64,000 nucleotides of DNA from a virus. The notes beneath the pieces are model-generated. The model had not been told where the DNA came from. It searched no databases and saw only the letters and a list, made by a program, of their open reading frames with translations. Position numbers and translations under genes: made by a program. Below are positions 1 through 10,700 of this stretch, piece by piece; position 1 is the first letter of the stretch; each line of letters opens with the position of its first letter. The stretch covers positions 4,915 to 68,914 of IMG/VR virus record IMGVR_UViG_3300047510_002172; one strand, 5' to 3'.

Positions 1-178
1 AACTACGACTGATAGACTCTACTGTCGGTTCAAAATCTTGCGTAACAATATCTAGTATTTCAATACAGTCTTGTTTTTGTAGATAAGTTAGATCAGTACT
101 TTTATTAACTAAGTTAGCAATAACCCCTCTTGCAAGCGGTAGTGAAAAAGAGGTATTTTCAAATCTAATTAATCTCAT
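1..178 (-). CDS. Hypothetical protein, 5' part only (runs off the window; MRLIRFENTSFSLPLARG...)
   Basis: ATG at 178 lies 1 nt after the stop of the 180..3404 gene, and the frame is open to the window edge. Translated by hand. Confidence 0.7.
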   Translation of the reverse strand, partial: MRLIRFENTSFSLPLARGVIANLVNKSTDLTYLQKQDCIEILDIVTQDFEPTVESISRS

Positions 179-179
179 A

Positions 180-3100
180 TTATTCCCAAATTATATTGTT
201 GAGTTGTGTATGCACTGGTACGACTTTACTTAATGATGCAATTATGTTTTTCTCTATTATTTGTCTTACTGCTGTGTTAGTTATATTAGAATTTTTAATT
301 TTAATATTAAACATGTTAGACTTTGCGCCAGGCAATCTATGTAAGAAAAATCTTTCTATTTGTTCTAAATAATATCTTTCTCCGGTTGGCACTGACCATT
401 TTAAATCTGTAAATGAACTCTTTAAGAATTGTTTTTGTATAGCTTTGATATCAGATTGCTGTAATGCCTGTGTATAATGTCTTACATCTGCTATTTTACC
501 TTTAAAGTTATATACATCTAACCCAGTATATTCTGCTAAAGTCTGCTTTTTAAAGCTAGCTGATCCAATAATTAAATCTGGATTATTCTTGTTATTATAT
601 ATTCTATATATACTTGAAGCACTACCAACCTGTGTGCTTTTTACGACGTTACCGTCTATATAAAACTTTAAAGTATTATTATTATCTAATGTTGCTGCAA
701 AATGATGCCAACCAGGAGTTAAATAACTAACATCATAATTTAAATTAATTGCAGAACCAGTACTATTTTCCGTAGCTATATTACGCACGAAAGCCTTTAT
801 AGATAAATCATTATCACTTTCTGCATTGTATATGTATTTTCTTTGATAATCGTACCCGGTAGGATCTCCTAGAGTTACATTTGAACTGTCCGTTAAATTA
901 ACTGTAGTTACAATATCTCCTGTAGTAGAGTCAATTTTAAATAGCTTTTGTGTTTTTGGGTCTATGACTACACCATAATGTACTGTTGCACCTGTTACTT
1001 GACTTATTTCAGAAACGAATGTAATAATTCTAGGTTTACTATCTACCACATCTTCTACCCCAGATGCTACCGGGGCATTGGTTAAATAAACATCCCAGAT
1101 TAAAGTTCCATAATTATCTAACTTGCAAAGATTACGCTTAGCGTACAATAGCCAAATATTATTTTCGTGGTCGCAAGCTATGTATTCCCCGCTTACAGCA
1201 GACAAAATCGACGAAGTAGTTCCTGAGTACGGCTGCCTTGAAAGTATATTATCTGCTAAAGTAAATCTAGTGTTATTACTATCTACCACACTATTACCTA
1301 CTGTACCATTAAAATAGTATGGTATACCGTTCAAGTCAATGCCGTAATTATTATAGCCAGATTGTGTACCGCTTATGGTACCGGTTGTTGAAAGGGTACC
1401 ATCTATATTGTACTTACGCCACACAAAAGATGAAGCTGCTGGTGAGGCAAATACTAGTATTTGTTTTTTACTGTTTTCCTGTATTAAATTAGCTCCAAAA
1501 ATATCACCTGAGATAGATATAGAGTATGAATTTGCAATTAAATCATCTTGATCGTATACTAAAATTTGTTTGTTTTCTGTAACTATGTAATAACTTGAAT
1601 CGTATTCTGCTTTTAAAATAAAGTTTTTATTTGTTAAATCAGTAGGGGTAGATTTAAGCGTAACTAAGTTAGTATTAGTTGTTGTTACTGTGTTTCTTGC
1701 TATACTTAAAAACGGCGTCAAAAGAGTATTATTTTTCGTAATACCTATACCGCCACTATAATAATTACCTACAATTTGACTACCTTGTACATTACCCCAG
1801 TTAGTATTATAAGCATAAGCTGCCAAAGTTACACCAGGGTAGTTAAGTTCAGAATCGGTATAGTCTGACACCCCGTAACATACACTAGTATCAATTGATT
1901 CCTGATTGGTGCCTTGAAATATCTCTACAGCACTTGTAGCAAAATTTTTAATGATACCAGCGCTTAAACCAGTTGCTTCATTTATGAGAGGAGTAGTCCA
2001 GTTTTTATAAAAACGAGTTAAAGAAGAAGAAAGAGCATCAACTACAGTTTTGTTATCTTCTGGTCCTATACGGTGATAAACGTACAAGCTTTCCGGGTTA
2101 AAAGTCTGTGTAGAAGGTGTATCCCAGATTAAATTTGGACGATTATTTGCTGCACTAGTTACAGCTGTAGAAGTTAAAACACTAGTTAAATTAATATGCG
2201 CCGGATCGTAATATCTATCCATCCATACAGCTTCTCCGCTAGCAGGGGATGCAGATAGCCAGGAGCAAAAATAAACCCCATTCTGTACGCCAGGGTTGTT
2301 GCCCCAGTTAGTATATTTTCTATAATTAGCTTTTTTAACAAATAGTCGATCAGAGCGATAAGGTGATGAGCCTCCTAATGCGCCGGTCTTTACTAGCGTT
2401 GAAGCTGATAACGCTAAAGAAGTAGCGCTTACTGGAAAGTGAAAATATGTATCTCTATCTTTTACAAATATTTTTGCAATCTCTGAACCTTTATAACTTA
2501 GATAGATTTTATCATTGCCGTCTGTCGTATTTAAACCGGTATATAATTTATTATAGTTTCTTAATTGAGTGCTTAAAGTAGGTGTTTGTATACCTTCTGC
2601 AGAGTAGTAATTCTTAAGAGGTGTTATATTAACATTTGCGTAGTCTATTGTTGTATCTAATGTGGTGTAGGGTGTAGAAATTAAATAGTTACTACAGAGT
2701 GCTTTAGTGGCTGTGCTTATAGTTAAATCATTCGGTGTAGTGACATATTTCGCTAAATTTGATTCTCCTTTATTAGGTATGGTATTATAATAAAAACGAT
2801 TTAAGTAGAAAGTTTGTACAGAGCTAAAATTAGTATCTAAATAAGGTACTAGCCCGACAATGTTAATACCGGTATAAACATTAAATAAAGTGCTATAATT
2901 AGTGAAAATAACTGCTTTATCGTTAAAAAGAGTAACATTAAACAGCTGTGTTGAAGCTCCGGTATATGTCTGAACACCTAAAGTAGTACTACCTGTTCTA
3001 GTAATACATAAATTACTATCAACATTAGTAAAGAAAACAGTACCGCTAGAAGTTTGATCTAAAGTAAAAACAGTAGCGCTAGATATATTACTAGTATAAG

Positions 3101-3404
3101 TTATATTTGTACTGGATACAGCAAGATATAACGGAGTACTACCAGATAGAAACGAAATAGTGGTATTAGTTATTACATTAGTTCTATCTACTTCTATATA
3201 GTCAGCAACTTTATCGTTTAAATTAAAATTATCTGTAAGAAACAATAAATTATCTTGATTAGCTGCAAAATCTTTTGCACCGGACAAGATACCAGATATA
3301 TTAATGTATGCCCCTTCTATCGTGTAAAACGTAGTGCTATCTATAGTTACATTTTGATCATAACCATATTGCAAACTAACCGGAGAAGGGCTAACAATTG
3401 CCAT
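180..3404 (-). CDS. Large virion structural protein with a C-terminal LamG/concanavalin-A-like domain
   Basis: 1074-aa Ser/Thr/Asn-rich ORF with LamG-like motifs 'GWHHFAATLD...LKFYIDG...LIIGS...FKGKIADVRHYTQAL'. TAAGTA lies 5 nt upstream. Confidence 0.7.
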   Translation of the reverse strand: MAIVSPSPVSLQYGYDQNVTIDSTTFYTIEGAYINISGILSGAKDFAANQDNLLFLTDNFNLNDKVADYIEVDRTNVITNTTISFLSGSTPLYLAVSSTNITYTSNISSATVFTLDQTSSGTVFFTNVDSNLCITRTGSTTLGVQTYTGASTQLFNVTLFNDKAVIFTNYSTLFNVYTGINIVGLVPYLDTNFSSVQTFYLNRFYYNTIPNKGESNLAKYVTTPNDLTISTATKALCSNYLISTPYTTLDTTIDYANVNITPLKNYYSAEGIQTPTLSTQLRNYNKLYTGLNTTDGNDKIYLSYKGSEIAKIFVKDRDTYFHFPVSATSLALSASTLVKTGALGGSSPYRSDRLFVKKANYRKYTNWGNNPGVQNGVYFCSWLSASPASGEAVWMDRYYDPAHINLTSVLTSTAVTSAANNRPNLIWDTPSTQTFNPESLYVYHRIGPEDNKTVVDALSSSLTRFYKNWTTPLINEATGLSAGIIKNFATSAVEIFQGTNQESIDTSVCYGVSDYTDSELNYPGVTLAAYAYNTNWGNVQGSQIVGNYYSGGIGITKNNTLLTPFLSIARNTVTTTNTNLVTLKSTPTDLTNKNFILKAEYDSSYYIVTENKQILVYDQDDLIANSYSISISGDIFGANLIQENSKKQILVFASPAASSFVWRKYNIDGTLSTTGTISGTQSGYNNYGIDLNGIPYYFNGTVGNSVVDSNNTRFTLADNILSRQPYSGTTSSILSAVSGEYIACDHENNIWLLYAKRNLCKLDNYGTLIWDVYLTNAPVASGVEDVVDSKPRIITFVSEISQVTGATVHYGVVIDPKTQKLFKIDSTTGDIVTTVNLTDSSNVTLGDPTGYDYQRKYIYNAESDNDLSIKAFVRNIATENSTGSAINLNYDVSYLTPGWHHFAATLDNNNTLKFYIDGNVVKSTQVGSASSIYRIYNNKNNPDLIIGSASFKKQTLAEYTGLDVYNFKGKIADVRHYTQALQQSDIKAIQKQFLKSSFTDLKWSVPTGERYYLEQIERFFLHRLPGAKSNMFNIKIKNSNITNTAVRQIIEKNIIASLSKVVPVHTQLNNIIWE

Positions 3405-3434
3405 GAAAATACTTAGGATTAGATAGCAAATAGT

Positions 3435-3635
3435 CTAATCAGCCGCAGAAGAAATATTAATCGTTCCTACAAATGAAGTTAATTGAAAATCAGATAAATC
3501 CGTTATAGACCCTATAGTTAGAATATTATCAGAATGGATAACTATCCCTTTTGTGAGATCTTCGGTTACCATCCATAATATTTGCTGCTTATTAGAGTTT
3601 TCCCATTTTACTATCTGTCCTTGTTTAAGCATCAT
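3435..3635 (-). CDS. Small hypothetical protein
   Basis: 66-aa ORF that fills the gap between co-oriented genes. Confidence 0.6.
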   Translation of the reverse strand: MMLKQGQIVKWENSNKQQILWMVTEDLTKGIVIHSDNILTIGSITDLSDFQLTSFVGTINISSAAD

Positions 3636-3645
3636 ATTTAAATTA

Positions 3646-4212
3646 TTATAAAAATATTACTTTTTTATCGTTAACTAATTTATCTATTACTTTTTTTTCT
3701 ATATCAGGTTTGTGCAAATTACCTTTTTTAACTGCATTAAAATAATGATGCTCTGTGCGTTCCCACCAATCAAAACCTGTAATAGTAAGCTGAGAATATT
3801 CCTTAAGAAGAATCCAAATAGCAAACAGTCCCGTAGAATAGCAGTAATATTCTTTTTTATCTATACCAGAATAATTAACTAAATCCATTAAATCTGATGA
3901 TTCTGTTTTATAGATATTTTTAGCTTGAGGCATAAAATTTATAAAATCCTTATATAGCGCATCTTTATTTTTATCCCATTGCCAACTATGTAAGTATATT
4001 TTTTTATAAGGTATACCCAGTCTCCATTGAGCAGGTTTGTTTGTAAAATTAATTACATTAAACCAGATTGTAGTTTTTGTCCCGACATTTTGTTCATATT
4101 TCTTTGTTTCATACTCGTTGAATCTTACTACCTCTTCGTATGAATCAATTAAGGATCCGTTTTTTTTATCTAGTAAAGACGTTCCGTTACCCACTACAAT
4201 AATTTTTTGCAT
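3646..4212 (-). CDS. GT29 sialyltransferase-like glycosyltransferase
   Basis: Sialylmotif L-like 'IIVVGNGTSLL...GSLIDSYEEVVRFN...VGTKTT', S-like 'STGLFAIWILL...LTITGFD', motif III-like 'HHYF' and VS-like 'HKPDIE' (H-x4-E). Confidence 0.75.
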   Translation of the reverse strand: MQKIIVVGNGTSLLDKKNGSLIDSYEEVVRFNEYETKKYEQNVGTKTTIWFNVINFTNKPAQWRLGIPYKKIYLHSWQWDKNKDALYKDFINFMPQAKNIYKTESSDLMDLVNYSGIDKKEYYCYSTGLFAIWILLKEYSQLTITGFDWWERTEHHYFNAVKKGNLHKPDIEKKVIDKLVNDKKVIFL

Positions 4213-4216
4213 TAGT

Positions 4217-5068
4217 TTACAATTTTAAAGCCGTTACTGCTTTATTTAAAATATTTTTTATTACCGGCTCTGGAATCTTTTGCTTGAAAGCATTAACTAT
4301 ACCTTGTATAAATTCATGCTGAGGATCTTTAAGTATCTCTAGCCAGCCTACAAAATAATTCCAAATACGGTCTTCAAGTATATTAGGGTAAGGTACTCCG
4401 TTAGGTCTTCCAAATCTATGATTCCATTTAAGTTGAGGTAAGCATATACAACTAGCATCGTTTCTTCTAAATTTTTCATGTATATAACCTTCTTCCCCAC
4501 CAAAGCCTTTAAAGTGTTCGTTAAACCCAGGCCAGGCAGCTGTACGGCATGAAAATAAACCAAGTCCCATCATAGGTATTTTAAACGGTTCGCCCTTTTC
4601 ATATTTTTCTTTATTAGTAGCCCAGACCCCGAACATTACATCTCGCCAGACTGGATCGAAATGCGTAGAATATGATTTGAGGTCATCATACCACAACGGA
4701 CCTTGCACGAGATTATTAGTTTCGGGATTAGAATCGTAGTATTTCAATAAAGTCTGTATGCCATCTTTCTCAATTAATACGTGCGAGTCCATACAAAGTG
4801 TGTATTCACCAGCAGCGTTTTTAAAAATTTCATTACGAGTAGAAGTACTCTTTTTTGCAGTATAAGGTATATATTTTTCTTTAGCCCAATTAGTTATAAA
4901 GTTTTTTATTTCTTTACCGTGAGCACTTTCAGGGTTGTTATCAACTACAATAATCTCTACTTCATTTTTTAACTCCGCTAAATGGTACATCTTCAACGCC
5001 TGCACGGTAAAAAAAACACCGTCATAGTCATCGTATACTGCCATTCCTATAGTTAATTTCTTAGACAT
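4217..5068 (-). CDS. GT2-family (GT-A fold) glycosyltransferase
   Basis: 'LTIGMAVYD', 'EIIVVDN', 'RNEIFKNAAGEYTLCMDSH' (DxD-equivalent) and 'GFNEHFKGFGGEE'. Confidence 0.85.
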   Translation of the reverse strand: MSKKLTIGMAVYDDYDGVFFTVQALKMYHLAELKNEVEIIVVDNNPESAHGKEIKNFITNWAKEKYIPYTAKKSTSTRNEIFKNAAGEYTLCMDSHVLIEKDGIQTLLKYYDSNPETNNLVQGPLWYDDLKSYSTHFDPVWRDVMFGVWATNKEKYEKGEPFKIPMMGLGLFSCRTAAWPGFNEHFKGFGGEEGYIHEKFRRNDASCICLPQLKWNHRFGRPNGVPYPNILEDRIWNYFVGWLEILKDPQHEFIQGIVNAFKQKIPEPVIKNILNKAVTALKL

Positions 5069-5105
5069 ACTATAATTTATATGCTAATTTAAATTAGTCA
5101 AATAA

Positions 5106-7709
5106 TTACGGCGGAGGTGTAGTTGTAGTAGTTGTTGTTGGTGGAGGTGGCGGAGGTGTAGTCGTAGTAGTAGTCGGAGGAGGCGGTGGAGGTGTAGTCG
5201 TAGTAGTTGTAGTTAAAGTGAAAGTAGCTGTTATAGTCGCATTTCCTACAGGCATTACTATTTGAGTAGGATTATCTGTATTAGTGAAGCTACCAGCAAA
5301 TGAATGAGCCCAAATCCAGTTATTAAAGATATAACCCAGGCTAGGAGATGCAGTAATATTTGTACTGTTACTTCCTACAGGTACATTTTGTGTACTTCCT
5401 GCAGTACCTCCGGTATTATATGCAACTGTTAATAATGGAGCCGGGGTCGTTGTTGTAGTCGTAGTTGGTGGTGGTGGAGGTATTGTAGTAGTAGTCGTAG
5501 TGGTCGGGGCTGGAGTCGTTGTAGTAGTAGTCGTTGTGGTCGGGGCTGGAGTCGTTGTAGTAGTAGTCGTTGTGGTAGTAGTCGTTGTGGTCGGGGCTGG
5601 AGTCGTTGTAGTAGTAGTCGTTGTGGTAGTAGTAGTCGTAGTGGTAGTAGTAGTCGTAGTGGTAGTAGTCGTAGTGGTAGTAGTCGTTGTGGTAGTAGTA
5701 GTCGTAGTGGTAGTAGTCGTTGTGGTAGTAGTCGTTGTGGTAGTGTTATAAACAAATACTGACCAGCCAAAATTTACGTCGTCTTGTGGATCTGTCAAAC
5801 CAGCTACATTAGAGAGTTGTGCGGTATAGTAAAAACGCGTTCCAGAGCCTTCTGCCATTCCTGTTCCTTTATATGCAGAAATTTCACTATTCCAAATAGC
5901 ATAAGTAGTGCCTGTTGCTTCCTCTCCAGCTGTTACATAGGTACCACCGTCCCAGTTATACCACTGATATGTCACTGGAGTGCTTCCATCGTGGTCTACA
6001 ATTTCTATGTTTATATTGGTACCTGATAGTATTGGATCAGCTGATGCAGGCTTGTTAGGGCTATTATCCCATGGACTAAAATTCACATAAGAAGGCAATA
6101 TTGGCCCGTTAAAAATTAAATACCAACCAAATTTAGGAGAAGTACCGTACTGGTTTAATAATTCTACAGCGTAATAAAACGCACTTACTCCCGGAGAGCC
6201 TGTCGCACTTCCTACACCGGGGGGATACGTATTGCCAAGATAATACGCAGATGTAGATGCTGTCTCTCCAGATGCTTCTACATATCCGATACCGTCCCAG
6301 TCATACCACTTGTAGCCTGTTACAGGCGACACGGCCGTATAACCAACTACTTCAACCAGCATATTGTCAGTATAATTAAATGTAGTACCGGCTGGTGGAT
6401 CAAACACTGCGTCTGTGGCAACACCACTTTCTAGATTAAATTGCCATCCCAGTATTTCAGAGGTACCACCTAAATTAGTTATTTCTACCCCGTAATAATA
6501 CGTACTAACAGCTGGGCTTACATTAGTATCAATATCAGGGTCTCCCGGAGGGTAACCATCACCCAAATTATATGCTGATGCTGCAGAACCGGAAGGAGCC
6601 CCTGTTGGATTCCATGCACTTGCTACCCAGTTATACCATTGATAATTTGATACAGGCGAACAACCGTCTTGACTAGTTACTGTTACAGAAAGAGAGCTTC
6701 CAAGATAATAAGTGCCTTGAGACGCTGGGTCAAAACCTACTTCCGTTACTATACCCGGGGTTAAATAAACAGTCCATCCAAATATTTGAGATTGACCGAG
6801 CGCATTGGTTAATTGTACTCCATAATAATAAGTACTTACCGCTGTTGTTAAATTAACATCTGGGTCTCCCGGCGGATAACCAGCACCTAGATCATAAGCT
6901 GAAACTGTAGCTCCGGATACGGCCTCATTTGGTACCCAGGCATCCGCTATCCAGTCGTACCATTGATAATTAGTAATAGGGCCGTCCCCGGTATACCCAG
7001 TTACTGTAACAGAAAGAGAATTACCTAAACAATATGTACCTTCTGAAGCAGGGCTAAAAAATACTTCTGTAATGGTACCAGCTGATAGAAATACTGCACT
7101 TAAATTAAAGCTACTAGGCGGGAATGAAAATACTAACGGGTTTCCGGTAATAGGTTCAGATATATTTGTTTCATAACCACTAACCCAATACCCGAATACC
7201 GAGCCGTCACTCGGCCCAGCTGATACCTGCACAAGATTGGTATAATTGTAAGGTCCTATATTTTCTGCAGATGCAGGATCTGTTACACCACTACCTGCGC
7301 CTGCATAGTATAAATTATAATAGAGATCAACAAGTGTATATATAGCAGATACACTTGTTGTACCAGAGTTTTGTATTGTTATGGTAAGATCATTTATAGT
7401 AGCCCCGTTATTAGCAGTTAAACTACTAAATTGGTAACCGGCGCTAGCAGCTGTGAGTAAGGTAAATTCAAAACCTATACCAGATGCAGAGCCACTAGTA
7501 GTACCATTATCTCTTCTCGTGTAACCACCGGATGCTGGTACGGAAACAATACTATAATTATAGTATTCTCCCGATGCCGGCCAAAACTGCACCCAGTTAC
7601 CGTCTTTTTTGACATACCCCTCAGTAATAGTTCTCCAAGAGTTACTGTGTTTAGTATAAAACTCAATAACTTCTTTCCAGGCACCGCTTACTTTAGTATA
7701 GATACTCAT
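5106..7709 (-). CDS. Mucin-like fibre-associated protein with four Ig-like repeats and a poly-Thr/Pro stalk
   Basis: N-terminal 'YTKVSGAWK...YVKKDGNW' motif. Four ~105-aa repeats (F.P...VTV...YQWY.W...YY.V.L.N..G.S...GW), about 48 consecutive Thr, then TnPAP and TnPPPP tracts. Confidence 0.7.
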   Translation of the reverse strand: MSIYTKVSGAWKEVIEFYTKHSNSWRTITEGYVKKDGNWVQFWPASGEYYNYSIVSVPASGGYTRRDNGTTSGSASGIGFEFTLLTAASAGYQFSSLTANNGATINDLTITIQNSGTTSVSAIYTLVDLYYNLYYAGAGSGVTDPASAENIGPYNYTNLVQVSAGPSDGSVFGYWVSGYETNISEPITGNPLVFSFPPSSFNLSAVFLSAGTITEVFFSPASEGTYCLGNSLSVTVTGYTGDGPITNYQWYDWIADAWVPNEAVSGATVSAYDLGAGYPPGDPDVNLTTAVSTYYYGVQLTNALGQSQIFGWTVYLTPGIVTEVGFDPASQGTYYLGSSLSVTVTSQDGCSPVSNYQWYNWVASAWNPTGAPSGSAASAYNLGDGYPPGDPDIDTNVSPAVSTYYYGVEITNLGGTSEILGWQFNLESGVATDAVFDPPAGTTFNYTDNMLVEVVGYTAVSPVTGYKWYDWDGIGYVEASGETASTSAYYLGNTYPPGVGSATGSPGVSAFYYAVELLNQYGTSPKFGWYLIFNGPILPSYVNFSPWDNSPNKPASADPILSGTNINIEIVDHDGSTPVTYQWYNWDGGTYVTAGEEATGTTYAIWNSEISAYKGTGMAEGSGTRFYYTAQLSNVAGLTDPQDDVNFGWSVFVYNTTTTTTTTTTTTTTTTTTTTTTTTTTTTTTTTTTTTTTTTTTTTTTTTPAPTTTTTTTTTTTTTTPAPTTTTTTTTTPAPTTTTTTTIPPPPPTTTTTTTPAPLLTVAYNTGGTAGSTQNVPVGSNSTNITASPSLGYIFNNWIWAHSFAGSFTNTDNPTQIVMPVGNATITATFTLTTTTTTTPPPPPPTTTTTTPPPPPPTTTTTTTPPP
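5110..5744 (-). repeat. Coding low-complexity Thr/Pro repeat (imperfect ACC-ACA-ACG-ACT-ACT units)
   Basis: Seen on the + strand as gtagtagtcgttgtg-like units. The uninterrupted Thr run spans 5601..5744. Confidence 0.9.
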
Positions 7710-7715
7710 TCAGTA

Positions 7716-10700
7716 TTATGAATATACTAAGTAAATGTCTCCGTTATTTCCAGTACCTGAATCCGGTATACCAGGAGTATCTGTTACTGTACGGTTGCTC
7801 CAGCCGTTTGTGCCTATCGTATAAGATATTCCATCTACTACAGTACCTAAAGTGTTAGTAGCGCTTATAATAGGAGACTGTACACTAGTTTGTGCATAAA
7901 TATTACCTGTACCTGTAGATGGATTAACTGCTCCTGAACCAGCTAAATCTGGCGCTACACCGTAGCCGACGCTTAAATTACCTCTTGCCCATAATGACCC
8001 GGCTTGTGGGTTATAGCCTGAACTTGCCGTGGTTGAAAGGTAAGGCGCGCGAGTTATAGTTACCAGTCCGTCATTTTCTACAACCATTCTTTGCACCCCG
8101 ACTACAGCTCCTCCGTTTGTATAAGAATTATTTGTATGAAGTGCTATAGTACTTCCCACACCAACACCAGCCTGTAAAACAAGTTGACCGCCAGCAGCTG
8201 CTGTAGGGTAATCGTTACCTACTAGGTCGATTTGTGCACCATTCTGAACGCCATTTGCACTACCAGAAGTAATAGTAAAGGCTCCACCGTTGTTAGTGTA
8301 ACGCATACCTAAACCAGATGTAACTATTATTCCATCAGTAGTTTGCACGCCTTTAATCTGTACGGTATTTGTAGCATCATTATATTTTAGCCAACTATCG
8401 TTTGAGCCTACAGTAAAGTAAGCATTGTTGGCGCTCACCCCTAGCCAGAATCCAGCAACATTATCATTATTTGGCCCGGTTTTATTTAAATAAATAGTGC
8501 CGCTTGTAGCTAAGTTACTTGTAGCGCCGTTAAGTATAAGTTCGCTACCTGTCCACTTCATACTTCTACCGTTTGGACTTACTAGCGACATTTTATATAC
8601 ACCAGTAGTAGAATCCCCGGCGCGGCCGAGCCAGATACCGTTACCTTCATATGAAGTTGTGTTCATACCTAGGTACATATCTGTTGCAGAAGAACCACTA
8701 TATAGTACAATACCGCTGTTACCGTAAGATAAAGATAAACGCACTCCGTCCCAAACTAAATTGTTAGAAGTACTGCCTACTCTAAACTTGGCGTAGTTAT
8801 CACTGTCCATGCCTAACCAGAAACCGTCTTGCGGGCTTGCAGTCGGAATCCAGTCACTTGTACCATAGCTCCTTATTACGCCACGGTCAGTAATAGCGCT
8901 GGCCTGATACCCCATTACAAGGGTCTTTAAAATAGTTGCATCTTCAGCAAGTAATAGCCCTGTTGCTATACTTGAAAATTGCGCTCCGAAAGGAGCCCAG
9001 CCACTACCTACACCCGGTATACCTAAAACTGAGCCTAAGGCACTACTTGCTGCTAAGTAGTAACTACCGCCTGAGGCTGGATATACAACAGCGTCAGCTC
9101 GAGTAGATGTTCTAAAATAAGATGTACCGGCATCATAAACACCTCTATAAACTATACCCGGACCGGTATCCCCGACAGGACCAGCTTTTGATTTTGTTAC
9201 GGAGAATACTTGTTCAAAACTGACCGGTGAACCCCCTATTGGAGAATATGTTGCAGTGAGTACCGTAGAGCCAGTATCAAGGGAAGCGTCAAAAGCAGTT
9301 AATACATAATAACTTGCATTAGCAGTAGGATAGGTCAAAATAGAGACCCCCATACCACTAGTTGTACTTTTTATCCCGTACACTACATACTGATTATCTA
9401 CTAAATTTGAACCCTGGTATATTCTAAAATAACCATTACCTGCTGACAAAGGTGTAGTAACCACACCAGTACTATCGGCGCCTATAGTATGATTTTGATT
9501 AGTTAAAAACGAAGTAAAGCCTTGACCACCTGAAGTGACTTTTACAACACGTACAGCGTCAGATAGACCTGAAGCAATATGACTTGCGCTTACTACAAAC
9601 GATTGTACTTCTTTACCTAGAGTTAAAGCACTCGCAAAATTAGTGACGGTAAGTGTTACTACATTACTACTTGTAGTGTTGGTAAGTAAAGAACCAGCGG
9701 CAGCATTAGAAGTACCGTCTGTATAGTACTGCACGCCAGACCACTGGACAAAGCCAGATATAATTGATAAGACTGCATTAAAAGTTGCTACCTGACTAGA
9801 TGGAGTTGGTGTGCCAGTATTATCAAAAGTAAATACCTGAGTATCTGCATTTAAAAATACTGCTTGAGCGCTACCAGCCGGACCAGTTACACCCTGTCTT
9901 GATTTAGAAAGTGTTACTGCCCGGTCAATACTTTTTCCAAATACCTGCGCTCTGAATATAGCCGAAGCTCCGATAACATTATCATTAATACTATCAAGTG
10001 TGTATATACCAGTACTTGAACCTATAGAAAAATTTACTGTATTAATACCGCCTGCAGATACCGGGGTAATTAAACTCGTAGCTCCTTCCCCTACTACACT
10101 GTATGTCACGCCAGAAGTTACTTCGTTTAAGCCATAAAATACTTGAAATAAACCGGTAGCTTTAGCTTGCTCGCCCGGCCCTAATGTGCCATTTTGTTCA
10201 GAAGCTAATACTATAGCAGGATTGGTTAAATAACCCTGTAACGCATCTGTAGCGTCTTGTAGTCTAGTAATAGTAGTAATATCATAATATACATCTGTAC
10301 CAGAAACGATACTTGCAGTTACTACGCAAGAATAAGCCGAACCGAATTGAGTATTTGTTAATGCTCGTGTGTTACCTGTACCACTAAAACTCGGTGTACC
10401 TATAAAGGTATTATTAATATCATATAACTTTCCGGCAAAAGTAGCCGTACCTGTTAAATTTTGCGGTACAGCGTATAAAAGTATAGAGGTAGGATTATAC
10501 GGAGTTGCTGTTAAGGACGTCGTGCCAGCAGCTGCGTTACTACTAGCCTGAAATACATAACTCGACGCTACTAATTGCAGCCCGTAACTTGTTCTACCAT
10601 CTCCGCCTGTAGCACCTGAAGGACCTACTGTTCCAGTTCCGGATACACCAGAAAATCCTGAAAATCCTGAAAACCCAGAAAACCCGCCGCCACCACTTAA

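Noticed and set aside
5084-5097. 14-bp palindrome CTAATTTAAATTAG and a nearby TTGACT upstream of the GT2 gene
   Set aside because: Almost all A/T and single-copy, so it could be chance. There is not enough to call an operator, terminator or promoter.
7707-7718. In-frame junction (TAA TAC TGA ATG) between the 1043-aa fibre and the mucin-like gene, suggesting readthrough
   Set aside because: Two different stops would both need suppression and the downstream gene has its own ATG.
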